A stretch of 64,000 nucleotides of DNA from Parcubacteria group bacterium GW2011_GWC1_45_14 (GCA_001001345.1 LCKI01000003.1:4614-68613), one strand, 5' to 3'. Shown: positions 7,332 through 17,171, counted from the first letter of the stretch. Translations and numbers: made by a program. The notes: a model not told the origin generated them from the sequence alone.

Positions 7332-9463
7332 TTATCCCTTTCCACCTGATCGTCCATGGCGCTGGCATATTGTGGGCCGCTTTTCTCTCCGACCAGGATC
7401 TCCCTGGCTTTCGCCCCGTCTCCGGGACCGATCACTCCTCTTTCTTCCAGGATGTCGATCAGTCTGGCCGCCCTCGCATATCCTATCCTGAATTTCCTTT
7501 GCCTCGAATTTCATGGAACCGAAATCCAGCTTGTCCTCGCTTGGCAGATCCAATTCCTGCTGCTCTCCGGGCGCGCCCGCCACGATGTTCTCGCCGATCT
7601 CTTCCTCCCCTCTCTCGATTTTCTGGTTCTTCACGAAAGAAACCACTTTCTTCACTTCTTCCTCTGAGACATATACTCCCTGGATACGCTTCATGCCTGT
7701 CGCTGAAACCGAAAGGAAAAGCATGTCTCCGTTGCCCAAAAGCTTCTCTGCTCCGGCGCTGTCCAGCATGGTCCGCGAGTCCATCAAGGATGGGACTTTG
7801 AAAGCGCCCTGGCCATCTGCGCCAAACGGATTATCGCACCTTCTACTTCTTTCCCGTGCGTGGCCATAAGGTCGGCCAGCTCGTCAATCACGATGACGAT
7901 ATATGGAATCTTCTCAATTTCCTCTTCAATCGTCTCGTTCGTGTCGGGATCGACGATCGTCACGGTCTCGCCAGCTTCCGCTTTCTTGTTATATGAAACG
8001 ATGTCCCTCGAACCGCTGAGCTGAAGTTTCTTATATCTTCTTTCCATCTCCCCGATCGCCCATTTGAGGGCGCTGAGAACCTTGCCGTTGTCCACGATCA
8101 CGTCCGAAAGCAGATGAGGTATCCCGTTATAAAGCGAGAGTTCCACTCTCTTGGGATCCACCAAAATAAGCTTGAGGTCTTCCGGCGAATTCTGGTATAT
8201 CATCGAAAGAAGGATGGAGTTCACGCAGACGCTTTTTCCGCTGTTTGTCGATCCCGCGATCATAAGATGGGGCATCTTCTTGAGGTCGGCATAGATGAAA
8301 CTTCCGCTCACGTCTTTTCCAAGCGCCAACAAAAGATTCGAGTTCCTGCTTTCGAATTCCGGGGTTTCCAAGAGCTCCCTCATCCTGACCATCGCGATTG
8401 ACTTGTTCGGCACTTCGATTCCGATCAAGGATTTTCCCGGAATCGGAGCCTCTATCCTGACCGAATGGGCGGCAAGCGCCAAAGCCAGATCCTGAGAATA
8501 CGAGGTTATCCTGCTCAGTTTCACTCCCACCGCAGGACGGAAACTGTATTGCGTCACCGTCGGACCGGTCTTGATCTCGCCCGGCTCCACGTCTATTCCG
8601 AAATGCCTGAACGTATCCTGGATTATTTTAGAATTCTTGCCCACATCCCCGCCCAAGGCGGTCTCGGTCGAAGTTTCCAAAAGATCCAACGGCGGAAGCT
8701 CCCAATCCTCCGGACTGACCTTCTTTTTCTTCTTGAATATCTTTTCCATGATAGGCATCCTGACTTCGGCCTCCACGTCCTCATTTGGATCCTCGACGTA
8801 CTGGGACTCCTCCGGAACATTCTCGGGTTCAACGTGGTGCTCAAGGATAGGGTTGGCGTCCTCTTCAACTTCATCCTCTTCTTCTTTGGAGATTTCCATC
8901 GCCTCCATTTTCCTACTGATGAACTTCCTAACGAAAGTCACCAAGGAGAAGTTGAAAGCAACGATGATTCCGGAAAGCAGCAGCGCCGACAAAATTACGG
9001 TTCCTCCGATCCTTCCCGTGAGCTTGATAAGCAGATAGGCAATGGCGTAACCGATATATCCTCCTCCCTGTCCGTCCTGGGCCAGTTCAAGCAGTTCATT
9101 ATTATCGAAATAAATATGGAAGAAAGCCAGGACGCTGAAAAAAGCTATGGAAAGACCGATGATTTTGGAAATATAGAAAAGCGCTTCCTTGCGGAAAAGC
9201 AAAATGATGCCGGCTGCGATTAAAACGAATGGGGAAAGCCATTTTCCCCAACCGAACAAGGATCCGGCCGCCATGTCGAGATATTCTCCCAGCAGTCCGG
9301 CTTGCTCGAAAAAGCCGAGCACGAAAAGGATAGCCAAGGCGAAAAGAAAAATCGCCGTCGCCCCTCTTTTCGCGTCGCTATGCACGACCGCTTTTTTTTC
9401 CGCTATCTCTTTTTCAATATCCTCTTTTTTTCTTCTTCCCATTTGTTTTGATTTTTCCGCCAA
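7332..9463 (-). pseudogene. ftsK: DNA translocase FtsK/SpoIIIE, disrupted. The ORFs 7784..9463 and 7332..7787 are in different frames, and the gamma domain is in a third frame.
   Basis: Walker A 'GSTNSGKS' and '...IIRLAQMARA' run straight into a stop. The next frame resumes at 'AFKVPSLMDSRTMLDSAGAEKLLGNGDML', so about 29 aa, the expected 'GIHL..[12 protein letters not shown]...' segment, is missing. The gamma-domain '[23 protein letters not shown]' is in yet another frame behind a stop. Confidence 0.7.
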
Positions 9464-9624
9464 AAATCGGCGGCAAATATAGAGCTTAATACCCTTATTC
9501 TATCACACAAGCGCCCTCTCCGCCATATTCCACGGAGCCCGCCTGGACCCAGATGAAGAGCAATTCCTGCGCTATATTTTCTATTTCCATATTTTTGTTT
9601 TTTAGGGCCCGTTTGGGCCATTGA

Positions 9625-10287
9625 TCAGATACTGACGAACGCCACCGGTAGCACTTTCTTGAAAGTCCCCGCGATCATGATCGAATCCGTTTCCGAAATG
9701 TAGATCGGATGGTGCGTCTTGTTCGTGGATTCAGGGAAAAGCCCGATAACCCCGTCCCCTAACTTCTTAAAACGCTTGATGGTCGCCATGCCGTTGATGA
9801 CCGCGACCACCGTTTTGCCGTCGAGATCGTCGAATCCTTCCGCTTTCTCGAAAATCACGTAATCACCGTCGTTTATTCCCGCTTTGTTCATGGAATCCCC
9901 CAGGGCTTTGACTGCGAAAAGCTTTTTCGGATCGGCCTTGAAAAAAAGATTCTTGGAAATCTGCAGGAAGTCGTCCGCCGCCCCTCCATCCGCATAGGCC
10001 AGAGCCTCCCCGCAGGAAGCCAGACCATAAAGCGGAAGGGAAATCACGCTGTTGAGATTGGAATAATTTTTGTTCTCGACGAGATAAATCCTTTTCTGCT
10101 CATCCCTCTTAATGAGGTCCTTTTTCTCCAGGGCCTCGACTACCTGCATGACCGACTTGAGGCTCTCCTCCACCCCCATGGAAGAAAGCTGTTTGTGCAG
10201 GCGGTAACCGGTCGGGTTCTCCTTCCGGCTCTCGATCGCCTCCCTGATCGACTCGAGAATGTTTTTCTGTTTTGAAGTGAGTTTCAT
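9625..10287 (-). CDS. lexA: LexA repressor
   Basis: 220 aa. N-terminal wHTH, C-terminal S24 peptidase with 'GDSM' Ser and 'TIKRFKK' Lys. Confidence 0.85.
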   Translation of the reverse strand: MKLTSKQKNILESIREAIESRKENPTGYRLHKQLSSMGVEESLKSVMQVVEALEKKDLIKRDEQKRIYLVENKNYSNLNSVISLPLYGLASCGEALAYADGGAADDFLQISKNLFFKADPKKLFAVKALGDSMNKAGINDGDYVIFEKAEGFDDLDGKTVVAVINGMATIKRFKKLGDGVIGLFPESTNKTHHPIYISETDSIMIAGTFKKVLPVAFVSI

Positions 10288-10295
10288 GTATTTCT

Positions 10296-10338
10296 CTACG
10301 AATTACGAATTTTGTACGAATATACGAATGTACAAAAG
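10296..10338. promoter_or_regulatory. Operator-like repeat block upstream of lexA: 4x TACGAAT plus a TTTTGTAC-N12-GTACAAAA palindrome
   Basis: Read directly from the sequence, 10-50 nt upstream of the lexA start on the minus strand. Confidence 0.4.
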
Positions 10339-10371
10339 CATAATCTTAAGCTTAAATATAATGCATCAAAT

Positions 10372-10956
10372 CTATCGCTTTTTAGATTCAAATCCTATTT
10401 TATTTTTTCGGGATTTCATATCTGGATCTTCCTTTTTTAAAAACTCCCTCAATGTGTCGAAAATTATTTTGAATCTTTTATCATATCTCCTTTCCATCTC
10501 TTCGATCCTGGTCCTCAGTTCCTTGTTGCTGATTATCATTTCCCGAAGCTTCACGAATGTCCTGATAATCTGGATATTCACTTCGATAGCCCTGCGGCTA
10601 TTCAAGACGCTTGATAACATCGCTACGCCTTGCTCCGTGAAAACATATGGCAAATATCGTCTGCCTCCATAACCTGAGGTGACAATTTGGAACCTCAAGT
10701 TTTCAAATTCCTTCTTATTGAGCTGAAACATGAAATCATCAGGGAAGCGAGCGATGTTTCGTTTAACCGCCTTGTTGAGATTTTTCGTTTCAACGTCATA
10801 AAGAACGGCTAAATCGCTGTCCAGCATCACTTTCTTGCCTCTTGTCAGAAAGATTTTACTCTCTATTGTTTCTTGCGGGACTGGGATTATGTCGGATTTT
10901 ATATTTTTCATTTTTGTTTTTTCAAGCAGGCTGTCTTCGGGTAGTCGGAGTATCAA
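10372..10956 (-). CDS. ORF6N-domain protein (phage antirepressor-like, KilA-N-related)
   Basis: 'KVMLDSDLAVLYDVETKNLNKAVKRNIARFPDDFMFQL...YLPYVFTEQGVAMLSSVL' matches the ORF6N consensus. Confidence 0.7.
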   Translation of the reverse strand: MILRLPEDSLLEKTKMKNIKSDIIPVPQETIESKIFLTRGKKVMLDSDLAVLYDVETKNLNKAVKRNIARFPDDFMFQLNKKEFENLRFQIVTSGYGGRRYLPYVFTEQGVAMLSSVLNSRRAIEVNIQIIRTFVKLREMIISNKELRTRIEEMERRYDKRFKIIFDTLREFLKKEDPDMKSRKNKIGFESKKR

Positions 10957-10977
10957 TGAAAGCAGCCTGCGCTTTTC

Positions 10978-11208
10978 CTATTTCAAGAATTTTCCCGCTT
11001 CGGCCAGCGCCGTGGAGAATTCCCTGAGATTGTCGGAAAAAATCATCAGGCGGTTCCTGACGGACTCCCCGTCCTTCTTTTTCCAAGTCTCGGAAATGGT
11101 CAAGTAGTTGTTTCCGCTCTTAGCCTTCTTCACGTCAAAGAAATAGGTTTTTCCTCCAGCTTTGACGACCTGTGAATTCACGACTTCCTGCTGTGCGTTT
11201 TGTTCCAT
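10978..11208 (-). CDS. DUF3276 / PUR-alpha-like nucleic-acid-binding protein
   Basis: 76 aa. 'KAGGKTYFFDVKKAKSGNNYLTISE' fits the DUF3276 pattern. Confidence 0.5.
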   Translation of the reverse strand: MEQNAQQEVVNSQVVKAGGKTYFFDVKKAKSGNNYLTISETWKKKDGESVRNRLMIFSDNLREFSTALAEAGKFLK

Positions 11209-11324
11209 TTTATTTTTTTAATTGTTACATTTTCGGAGCACCCCCGCACTCCTTAGTGTTATTCTATCACTGCTATGTTATCACTGCAAGATACCACTTA
11301 TCCACAGGTTGTCAGGAAAATAAA

Positions 11325-11362
11325 AAAACCGGCGACCAAACAGGTCACCGGCAAACAAATAC
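11325..11362 (-). terminator. Terminator downstream of the sigma factor gene
   Basis: ccggtgacc...ggtcgccgg hairpin followed by a T-run on the minus strand. Confidence 0.5.
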
Positions 11363-11363
11363 G

Positions 11364-13097
11364 TCACATGCGCTTCATTTTTTCAAGTCCGTCCATCAGC
11401 AGGACATTGATGCGGGCTTCAATCTTGGATTTCTTTCGCAAGGAAAGCCTCAGACATTCCTCGACCGCCTTGACTTGCAGTTCCTCGAAAGGAATCGCGG
11501 CGATCGCCAAAGCGGCTTCCATCCGGAAAAAAGGTTTCCCGTTTTTCGAAGGGACGCTGAAAATCATCCTTCTGGCTTCCAGGCAGAGCGTTTCCAGCCC
11601 TTTGAACTTGCGGAACCATTCGTCTCCTTTGCCCACCTTCTTCAGCAGTTCCTTCTTGCCGAAGCCCTCTTTCTCCAGACATTTCTTCATCCATTTGAGG
11701 ACATTGAGATAATGGGCGGACGGATCAGCCAAGAGTTCCTTCAGTTTCTCCAATGGATCCTTTTCTTTTTCCGGCAAATGAGGAGCGTCCGAAGAACCGA
11801 CCAGCGGAGCATCGTAGTCGAATTCATCCTCGAGTACGTTACCATAGATCGTTCCGGCCTTGAATACCTGCCTGTTTTTCTCAAAAACGGCCTTGGCTTC
11901 TTTTCTGGCTATGAAACCCCAAACCTTCCGGTTGCTTTTGTTTTCCCTTTGCCTGATTCTTTCCCTGGTCCGTCCGTGCATCCGGCCGATGTTGTCGAGT
12001 GAGAAAGTCTCACCTCCGGTCCCATGCCACCAAATCAGCAGGTCGATCTCTTCATGCCTCAGGATTTCCAGCATCGCGTCTATGATCACGTCTTCCGTTT
12101 CCTTGACAAGGCACTTGTCACCCCGCTTGAGACCGAAGAAGATTTCCATCTCCTGCTTGGAAATCCCAACTTTGGTCTTGAGCACGTGCTCTGAAAGCTT
12201 CTGGAAAATCTCCCTGGCCTTTCCGTCGCACTTTTGATGCTCCGAAGGGCACTCCCATTCTTCCTTGCGCGCGGCCAAAAGGGCCATGTCGCAAAAAGTC
12301 AGGGTTTCTTTCATTGCCTCAAGAAAGAGCTCCGCCCATTCGATCGCCTCGACCAACCTGTCGGACTTCGATGATTTGCAATCCTCGACCGTATCGCCAA
12401 GGGTGTAAGCGTCGTCTTTGTTCCCATAGGGATGTTCCAATGATTCGACATGGCGGCGCATGAGCATCGATTTCTCGACCTGCTCCTCGCTTATTCCCAG
12501 ATCCTGCGCGATCTCACTGATCGATGGCTGCCTTGCCAGCTTCGCCGTCAGCTTTTCCTCCACCGCGGCTATTTTGCTTATTTCGTCATGGACATGTACG
12601 GGATAGCGCATGGTCCTGGATTTGTCGGCGATAGCCCTGGTTATCGACTGGCGTATCCACCAGGTCGCATAGGTCGTCAGGCGGAAGCCTTTCTCAACTT
12701 CGAACCTTTTCACCGCCGTCATCAATCCGATATTGCCCTCGCTGATAAGGTCAGCCAAAGGAAGGCCCCTTCCCTGGTATTTCCTGGCGATCTTGACGAC
12801 CAAACGCAAATTGGACTCAATCAGCTTGTCACGAGCCCAAGAATCACCGTTTTTGATCCGATAAGCCAGTTCGCGCTCTTCCTCGGCGGTCAACAAATTG
12901 GTTCTGTATATCTCTTTCAGATACGCGGCCACCGGGCCGCTGCTTGCCGCTTCGCCCGGCTCAAATTTGACGTCTTCGCCGTCTTCTTCCGGCTCCTCTT
13001 CTTCGATATTATTGGGTTCCTCTATCTCTTCCTCATCGAAATCGGAAAATTCATCCTCTTCAACTTCAGCCAAATTACCCCTCTCAAAATCCTCCAC
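11364..13097 (-). CDS. RNA polymerase sigma-70 family factor (RpoD-like) with an insertion between regions 3 and 4 and a long C-terminal extension
   Basis: Acidic N-terminus, region 1.2 'AAYLKEIYRTNLLTAEEERELAYRI', region 2 'LISEGNIGLMTAVKRFEVEKGFRLTTYATWWIRQSITRAI' and region 4.2 'TRERIRQ'. About 80 extra residues sit before region 4 and about 190 after it. Confidence 0.8.
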   Translation of the reverse strand: MEDFERGNLAEVEEDEFSDFDEEEIEEPNNIEEEEPEEDGEDVKFEPGEAASSGPVAAYLKEIYRTNLLTAEEERELAYRIKNGDSWARDKLIESNLRLVVKIARKYQGRGLPLADLISEGNIGLMTAVKRFEVEKGFRLTTYATWWIRQSITRAIADKSRTMRYPVHVHDEISKIAAVEEKLTAKLARQPSISEIAQDLGISEEQVEKSMLMRRHVESLEHPYGNKDDAYTLGDTVEDCKSSKSDRLVEAIEWAELFLEAMKETLTFCDMALLAARKEEWECPSEHQKCDGKAREIFQKLSEHVLKTKVGISKQEMEIFFGLKRGDKCLVKETEDVIIDAMLEILRHEEIDLLIWWHGTGGETFSLDNIGRMHGRTRERIRQRENKSNRKVWGFIARKEAKAVFEKNRQVFKAGTIYGNVLEDEFDYDAPLVGSSDAPHLPEKEKDPLEKLKELLADPSAHYLNVLKWMKKCLEKEGFGKKELLKKVGKGDEWFRKFKGLETLCLEARRMIFSVPSKNGKPFFRMEAALAIAAIPFEELQVKAVEECLRLSLRKKSKIEARINVLLMDGLEKMKRM

Positions 13098-13213
13098 GTT
13101 TTCCTCCTCTATGAATTTGTAAAAGTGCCGTTATATATAAAAAAATCCCTATTCGAAATTGAACCTGGATTATACCAGGCTTTGATAAAAAAATCAAGCT
13201 TATTTCCCACCGG

Positions 13214-13831
13214 TCAAAGGGGGAATTTTAGCTGTTCGATCGTCTCCAAAATCTCGTCGAAGCTCGAAACGATCTTGAAAGGTTTTCCTTTTTCCAGCCT
13301 TTCCCTTTCATGGAAGCCGAAATCCACCGCGATCGTCCTGAGACCGACTTTGTTCCCTTCGAGTATGTCACCCAACGTGTCAGTCACAAAAACGCAATCC
13401 TCACGCTTCAGGCTATATTTTTCAAACAAATATTTAAATTTCTCGACTTTGGACCTGTGCGTTTCAGCTCCCAGCACTTCTTTGAAAACGTTCACGAAAT
13501 TATTATTTTGAAAATAAGTGTTCAAGGCGGCTTCCTGATTCGAAGAAACGATGAACAGCGGATATTGCCCGGACAGCTTTTTCAAATTCTTCTTGATGTT
13601 CTCTTCCAGCTTCAAGAGCTTAAACGCTTCGTTTTGCAATTCGTAAAATTTTTTTATGGACACCTCTTCCTTTTCCGCATCATCCACCTTCCTTTCGAAA
13701 ATATTACCATTGAAAAAATCCCTATATTTCTCCTTGGTTATCTTCCCTCCCGTGATCTCGACATTTATCCCATAAGCCAACTCGAACGTATCGTGGATCA
13801 CGCCGTCGAAATCGAAAATAATAGCTTTCAT
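13214..13831 (-). CDS. HAD-superfamily hydrolase
   Basis: Motif I 'IIFDFDGVIHDT'. Confidence 0.7.
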   Translation of the reverse strand: MKAIIFDFDGVIHDTFELAYGINVEITGGKITKEKYRDFFNGNIFERKVDDAEKEEVSIKKFYELQNEAFKLLKLEENIKKNLKKLSGQYPLFIVSSNQEAALNTYFQNNNFVNVFKEVLGAETHRSKVEKFKYLFEKYSLKREDCVFVTDTLGDILEGNKVGLRTIAVDFGFHERERLEKGKPFKIVSSFDEILETIEQLKFPL

Positions 13832-13849
13832 ACTCCTTATTTTTATATA

Positions 13850-15034
13850 TTACTTCACGAAAAGCTTCCCGTCCTTTTCCGCCTTCTCCAACATTTCCAT
13901 TTTTTCCTTCTGTCTTTTCTCCAATTCTTCCGCCTCCGCTTTCCGTTTGGCTAGCAATTCTCCCATGTCCTGCTCATTAAAACTCTTGAATGTGGCCGCT
14001 TCATTTTCCTTTTCAAAATCCCAATATTCCGCAAAGTCCTCCGCCACTTTCCGAAAAGATCCCTTGCCTAGAGATTTTTCAATCACTCGCGCCAAAGGCA
14101 GCAGCCTTCCGGAAAAATGCGCCCGCATGAACAATTCGGTAATTTTTTGCCGATCGGCATATTCGCCGGCTGAGTTTTCCAAAATTGAATCAACCAAAAA
14201 ATCGAATTTTTTTCTTTCCTGAAATCTCTCACGGAAAACCACGTCGCCTTTTTTCAACATCTCCTCGACATATCCGCTGAGAAAACCAAGCTTATAATCC
14301 TCGCTTTCATCCCCGTTAAGATTTTCAATGAGGCTGTTGACGTCAGGAAACGAATGGGTATTGTCTAAAAACTCCTTTTGTTTCTCTGAGATGCCTCCGT
14401 CCGTTTCGAATAATTTGCGAAACCAGCCCTTGATAAAATCGGTTTTGGCGATTTCATCGGCGAACCGCGGATCTTTTCGCAAATATTCGTCGTAAAGCAT
14501 GCTTACCGCCTGCGCTATAAGCGCTTCCTCGACATCCTTAAAATATGAAGTGGTGCCGTCCTTCGATTCCAGCGCCATCCCGGTCCTATATAAATCCATA
14601 TCGTTCTTTTCCTTTGAGAAACGCAAAGAGGTGTAGCCGGCCAAATGGAACATTTCATGCGCCAAGGTTGTCGCAAAAAATACACGGGAAGGATGCGAGT
14701 CAATGATTATCCGTCTCCGGTATTGCGAGCAAGCGCCATCGTCGAATCTTCCTTTGGTGGCTTTATTGACTCCCCCGGGCTTGAACAAGATGACTTCCGG
14801 AGCCAATTTCTCCTCCGCCCCATACCGATGTGCGATTTCATTCACATAACCTTCTATACGCCCGATGTCTTCGCGTTGCTCTGCCGTGAGCTGCTGCTTA
14901 AATTCGGCAAATCCGCTCTCGTTCTTTTTTGAAAGCTCTTCGATTTCCTGATGCCAATTTTCTTTCAGCTCTTTTTTCCTCTCTTCATCCGCCCCGACTA
15001 TGTTATTGAACGGAAATTCCATTTTGTTTTTCAT
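13850..15034 (-). CDS. Hypothetical HExxH-motif protein, a putative zinc metallopeptidase-like protein; paralog of 17172..18119
   Basis: 'TTLAHEMFHLAGY'. Shares the C-terminal block 'FSGRLLPLARVIEKSLGKGSFRKVAED' with 17172..18119. Confidence 0.5.
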   Translation of the reverse strand: MKNKMEFPFNNIVGADEERKKELKENWHQEIEELSKKNESGFAEFKQQLTAEQREDIGRIEGYVNEIAHRYGAEEKLAPEVILFKPGGVNKATKGRFDDGACSQYRRRIIIDSHPSRVFFATTLAHEMFHLAGYTSLRFSKEKNDMDLYRTGMALESKDGTTSYFKDVEEALIAQAVSMLYDEYLRKDPRFADEIAKTDFIKGWFRKLFETDGGISEKQKEFLDNTHSFPDVNSLIENLNGDESEDYKLGFLSGYVEEMLKKGDVVFRERFQERKKFDFLVDSILENSAGEYADRQKITELFMRAHFSGRLLPLARVIEKSLGKGSFRKVAEDFAEYWDFEKENEAATFKSFNEQDMGELLAKRKAEAEELEKRQKEKMEMLEKAEKDGKLFVK

Positions 15035-15215
15035 ATTTTAAAATATTCCCATTTAACGAACCTGAGAAATTAGCCGATTTCAATCCGCCTTCTTTTTCAG
15101 ATCTCCGTCGCGTCTTCATCCCCGACTCTGATTTTCTTCACTTCTTTGAAATTCCCTCCTTCGAAAAACATCTTTTCCATTTTTTTATTCCTTTTATTTA
15201 AGATTTGATACTTTT

Positions 15216-15527
15216 TTACACAAGGATCAACACGGTTATCGCGGCTGCGAAAAACAGGGCGAGCCAACCGAGAGTGAATGCGAATACCCGCACGGCCTCC
15301 TCTTTCTTATTCTCCAGATAAAGCAGGACCGGCTTGCCGAAGACCAGCGCGGCTGAGATTGCGGCGGAAATCACGAACAGAAGCAGAAACGTCAATGGAG
15401 CCAGGAAATTGTCCGGTTTGTCTCCCAGAAATTTCTCCGCTCCGCGCATAAGGGTCGCGACCAACAGGATGTAGGCAGCCTCACTCGCCGCCAAGAAAAA
15501 AGCAGTTTTCAAAAACTTTTTGTCCAT
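15216..15527 (-). CDS. Small integral membrane protein
   Basis: 103 aa with three hydrophobic TM-like segments. Confidence 0.4.
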   Translation of the reverse strand: MDKKFLKTAFFLAASEAAYILLVATLMRGAEKFLGDKPDNFLAPLTFLLLFVISAAISAALVFGKPVLLYLENKKEEAVRVFAFTLGWLALFFAAAITVLILV

Positions 15528-15605
15528 ATGTTTTTTTAATTTAAAAAATTATTTAAATCTTTAAAATTATATTTTCATTTTCCTCATTATCTCACGGCCG
15601 TAGGA

Positions 15606-16187
15606 TTATGAGGAATTTTTAAAATTCCCTATGGCCTTGGAGAAATGTCTTTTGAGGGAGTCCTCGTTGTCGATTTTTTCCGCCGTGATCACCCTCACAT
15701 AAGCCTGGGCGGAATACAGACGCGTCAGTTCCAGGATGGCATCCTCGAAAGGGTGGGGCGAAACGAAGACGCTGTGTTGCAATTTGAAAAATTTCAATTC
15801 CCCGAGATGCGCGCGCAGTATGTTGCGGAAAACCCTGTCTTTTTCGGGAATGTCAAAAATCACGATTCGCCATTTCTTGTCCCATTTTTTCGGTTTTTTG
15901 AAATTTATCGAACCGCCCAACAAATCCAATCGTCTTGCCTGTTCCTCCCCCTTTTTGGTCAACACCAGCTTGAAAGAGCCGTCGGGAAGGATTTTTTCCT
16001 CGATAAGTTTTTCCGAGGATAGGCGCCGGAGGGAACGATCGAAATTATATCGGTTAGACTTGCTCCACTCCTTGCGGATTTTGCGGAGCGTGTCGAAATA
16101 CTGGCGGGGAGAAGAAGACACTCCCAGAGCCACCCCTCCGAGAAGTGTTATCATGATTTTCTTCTGCACCGGTCCGAATTTATACAT
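15606..16187 (-). CDS. PaaX-like / Cas2-fold regulator-domain protein
   Basis: 'WDKKWRIVIFDIPEKDRVFRNILRAHLGELKFFKLQHSVFVSPHP' matches the PaaX C-terminal, Cas2-like motif. No CRISPR array is present. Confidence 0.45.
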   Translation of the reverse strand: MYKFGPVQKKIMITLLGGVALGVSSSPRQYFDTLRKIRKEWSKSNRYNFDRSLRRLSSEKLIEEKILPDGSFKLVLTKKGEEQARRLDLLGGSINFKKPKKWDKKWRIVIFDIPEKDRVFRNILRAHLGELKFFKLQHSVFVSPHPFEDAILELTRLYSAQAYVRVITAEKIDNEDSLKRHFSKAIGNFKNSS

Positions 16188-16251
16188 ATCCCTATTTTAT
16201 CACCAACCCACGGCCGTGAGAAGATGAGGATTTTTTTATTATCGACTGTTT

Positions 16252-16284
16252 TCCTCATAATTATACGGTCGTGGGATTATGAGG
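16252..16284. repeat. Palindromic operator-like repeat CCTCATAATTATACGGTCGTGGGATTATGAGGA
   Basis: Identical copy at 17032..17064. Related copies at 16301..16320, 20291..20313 and 20546..20573, and a partial at 16210..16230. Confidence 0.8.
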
Positions 16285-16352
16285 ATATTATCATTAACTT
16301 ACGGCCGTATAATTATGAGGAAAGTGGGGATGGCGACCGGTTTTTTAAATTC

Positions 16353-16997
16353 CTAATGATTGTTTTTAAATATCCTGACGGATTCCTGGTGGATATCGGA
16401 AATCTTTTCCGCCATGGCGGGATCTTTTTGGAATTTTTCGCATCTCAAGGTAACTTCCCTTCCCATTCTTGCCGGAATCCCGAAGAAATCCCAGAGCTTT
16501 TCATAATCATCCAGCGCCGGCGCTTCTTCCCTGTCATAAAACTTTCTCACAAATCCGTAATATCTTTCCATGTCGGAAATATCCTCTCCGTTTGGCAAAT
16601 CGCCTGCTTTGAGATATTTGAGATATTTTCTTATTTGAAAACCTTCCAGATCGCGCATCTCCTGCAAGATCTTCACCGCGGTCAAACTGATCCAGAGGTC
16701 GTCATATTGGGAAATTTCTTTGCCAAGGGGGTTTATGAGTTTCGCAGCCAAGTCCTTTTGGATCTCGTCGCAAAAAAGATGGACCTGCCAACCCTTTTTG
16801 AAATCGTCGGCCGCGAATCCTTTTTCCAAAAATTCCTTGGCGTGCGTAAGGTTCCTTGCGGTCTTCGCGATATACCTGCTGTCGGGATAGATCGTACCGG
16901 AAAGATATTGCCGCATATCCTTGATGCCCAATTTATCCTTAACGGCTAACGCAAATTTTATGTGAGTTCCTTCTAGTGCCATTTTATTTATTTCCAA
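16353..16997 (-). CDS. Hypothetical protein
   Basis: 214-aa ORF with no recognised motif. Confidence 0.4.
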   Translation of the reverse strand: MEINKMALEGTHIKFALAVKDKLGIKDMRQYLSGTIYPDSRYIAKTARNLTHAKEFLEKGFAADDFKKGWQVHLFCDEIQKDLAAKLINPLGKEISQYDDLWISLTAVKILQEMRDLEGFQIRKYLKYLKAGDLPNGEDISDMERYYGFVRKFYDREEAPALDDYEKLWDFFGIPARMGREVTLRCEKFQKDPAMAEKISDIHQESVRIFKNNH

Positions 16998-17031
16998 ATG
17001 CTTATTATGATATTTTTCATACCGATCGTTT

Positions 17032-17064
17032 TCCTCATAATTATACGGTCGTGGGATTATGAGG
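17032..17064. repeat. Second identical copy of the CCTCATAAT..CGGYCG..ATTATGAGG palindrome
   Basis: Exact match to 16252..16284. It is immediately followed at 17070..17098 by the hairpin also found at 27010..27038. Confidence 0.8.
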
Positions 17065-17171
17065 AGGGGTTCAACGGCTCAGGTGGGGTGGGCCGTTGAG
17101 GGAAGGGTTTATTTGAGGGAATAATACGCGAATTTTCCCATGCCCTTGTCTATTAATTTATTAGCCATGCG

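Noticed and set aside
15035-15215. 30-aa minus-strand micro-ORF (MEKMFFEGGNFKEVKKIRVGDEDATEI)
   Set aside because: Too short, with no RBS or motif support.
15606-16187. PaaX-like protein as a bona fide CRISPR Cas2
   Set aside because: The Cas2-like fold motif is shared by PaaX C-terminal domains, and there is no CRISPR array or cas1 in the window.
16206-16325. Cluster of three 20-33-bp repeats next to a Cas2-fold (PaaX-like) gene, considered as a possible mini CRISPR array
   Set aside because: The repeats are themselves palindromic and spaced irregularly (about 20 and 16 nt), with no unique spacers of regular length. No cas genes are present, and further copies are single and in promoter positions. 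Operator sites or a MITE are more likely.
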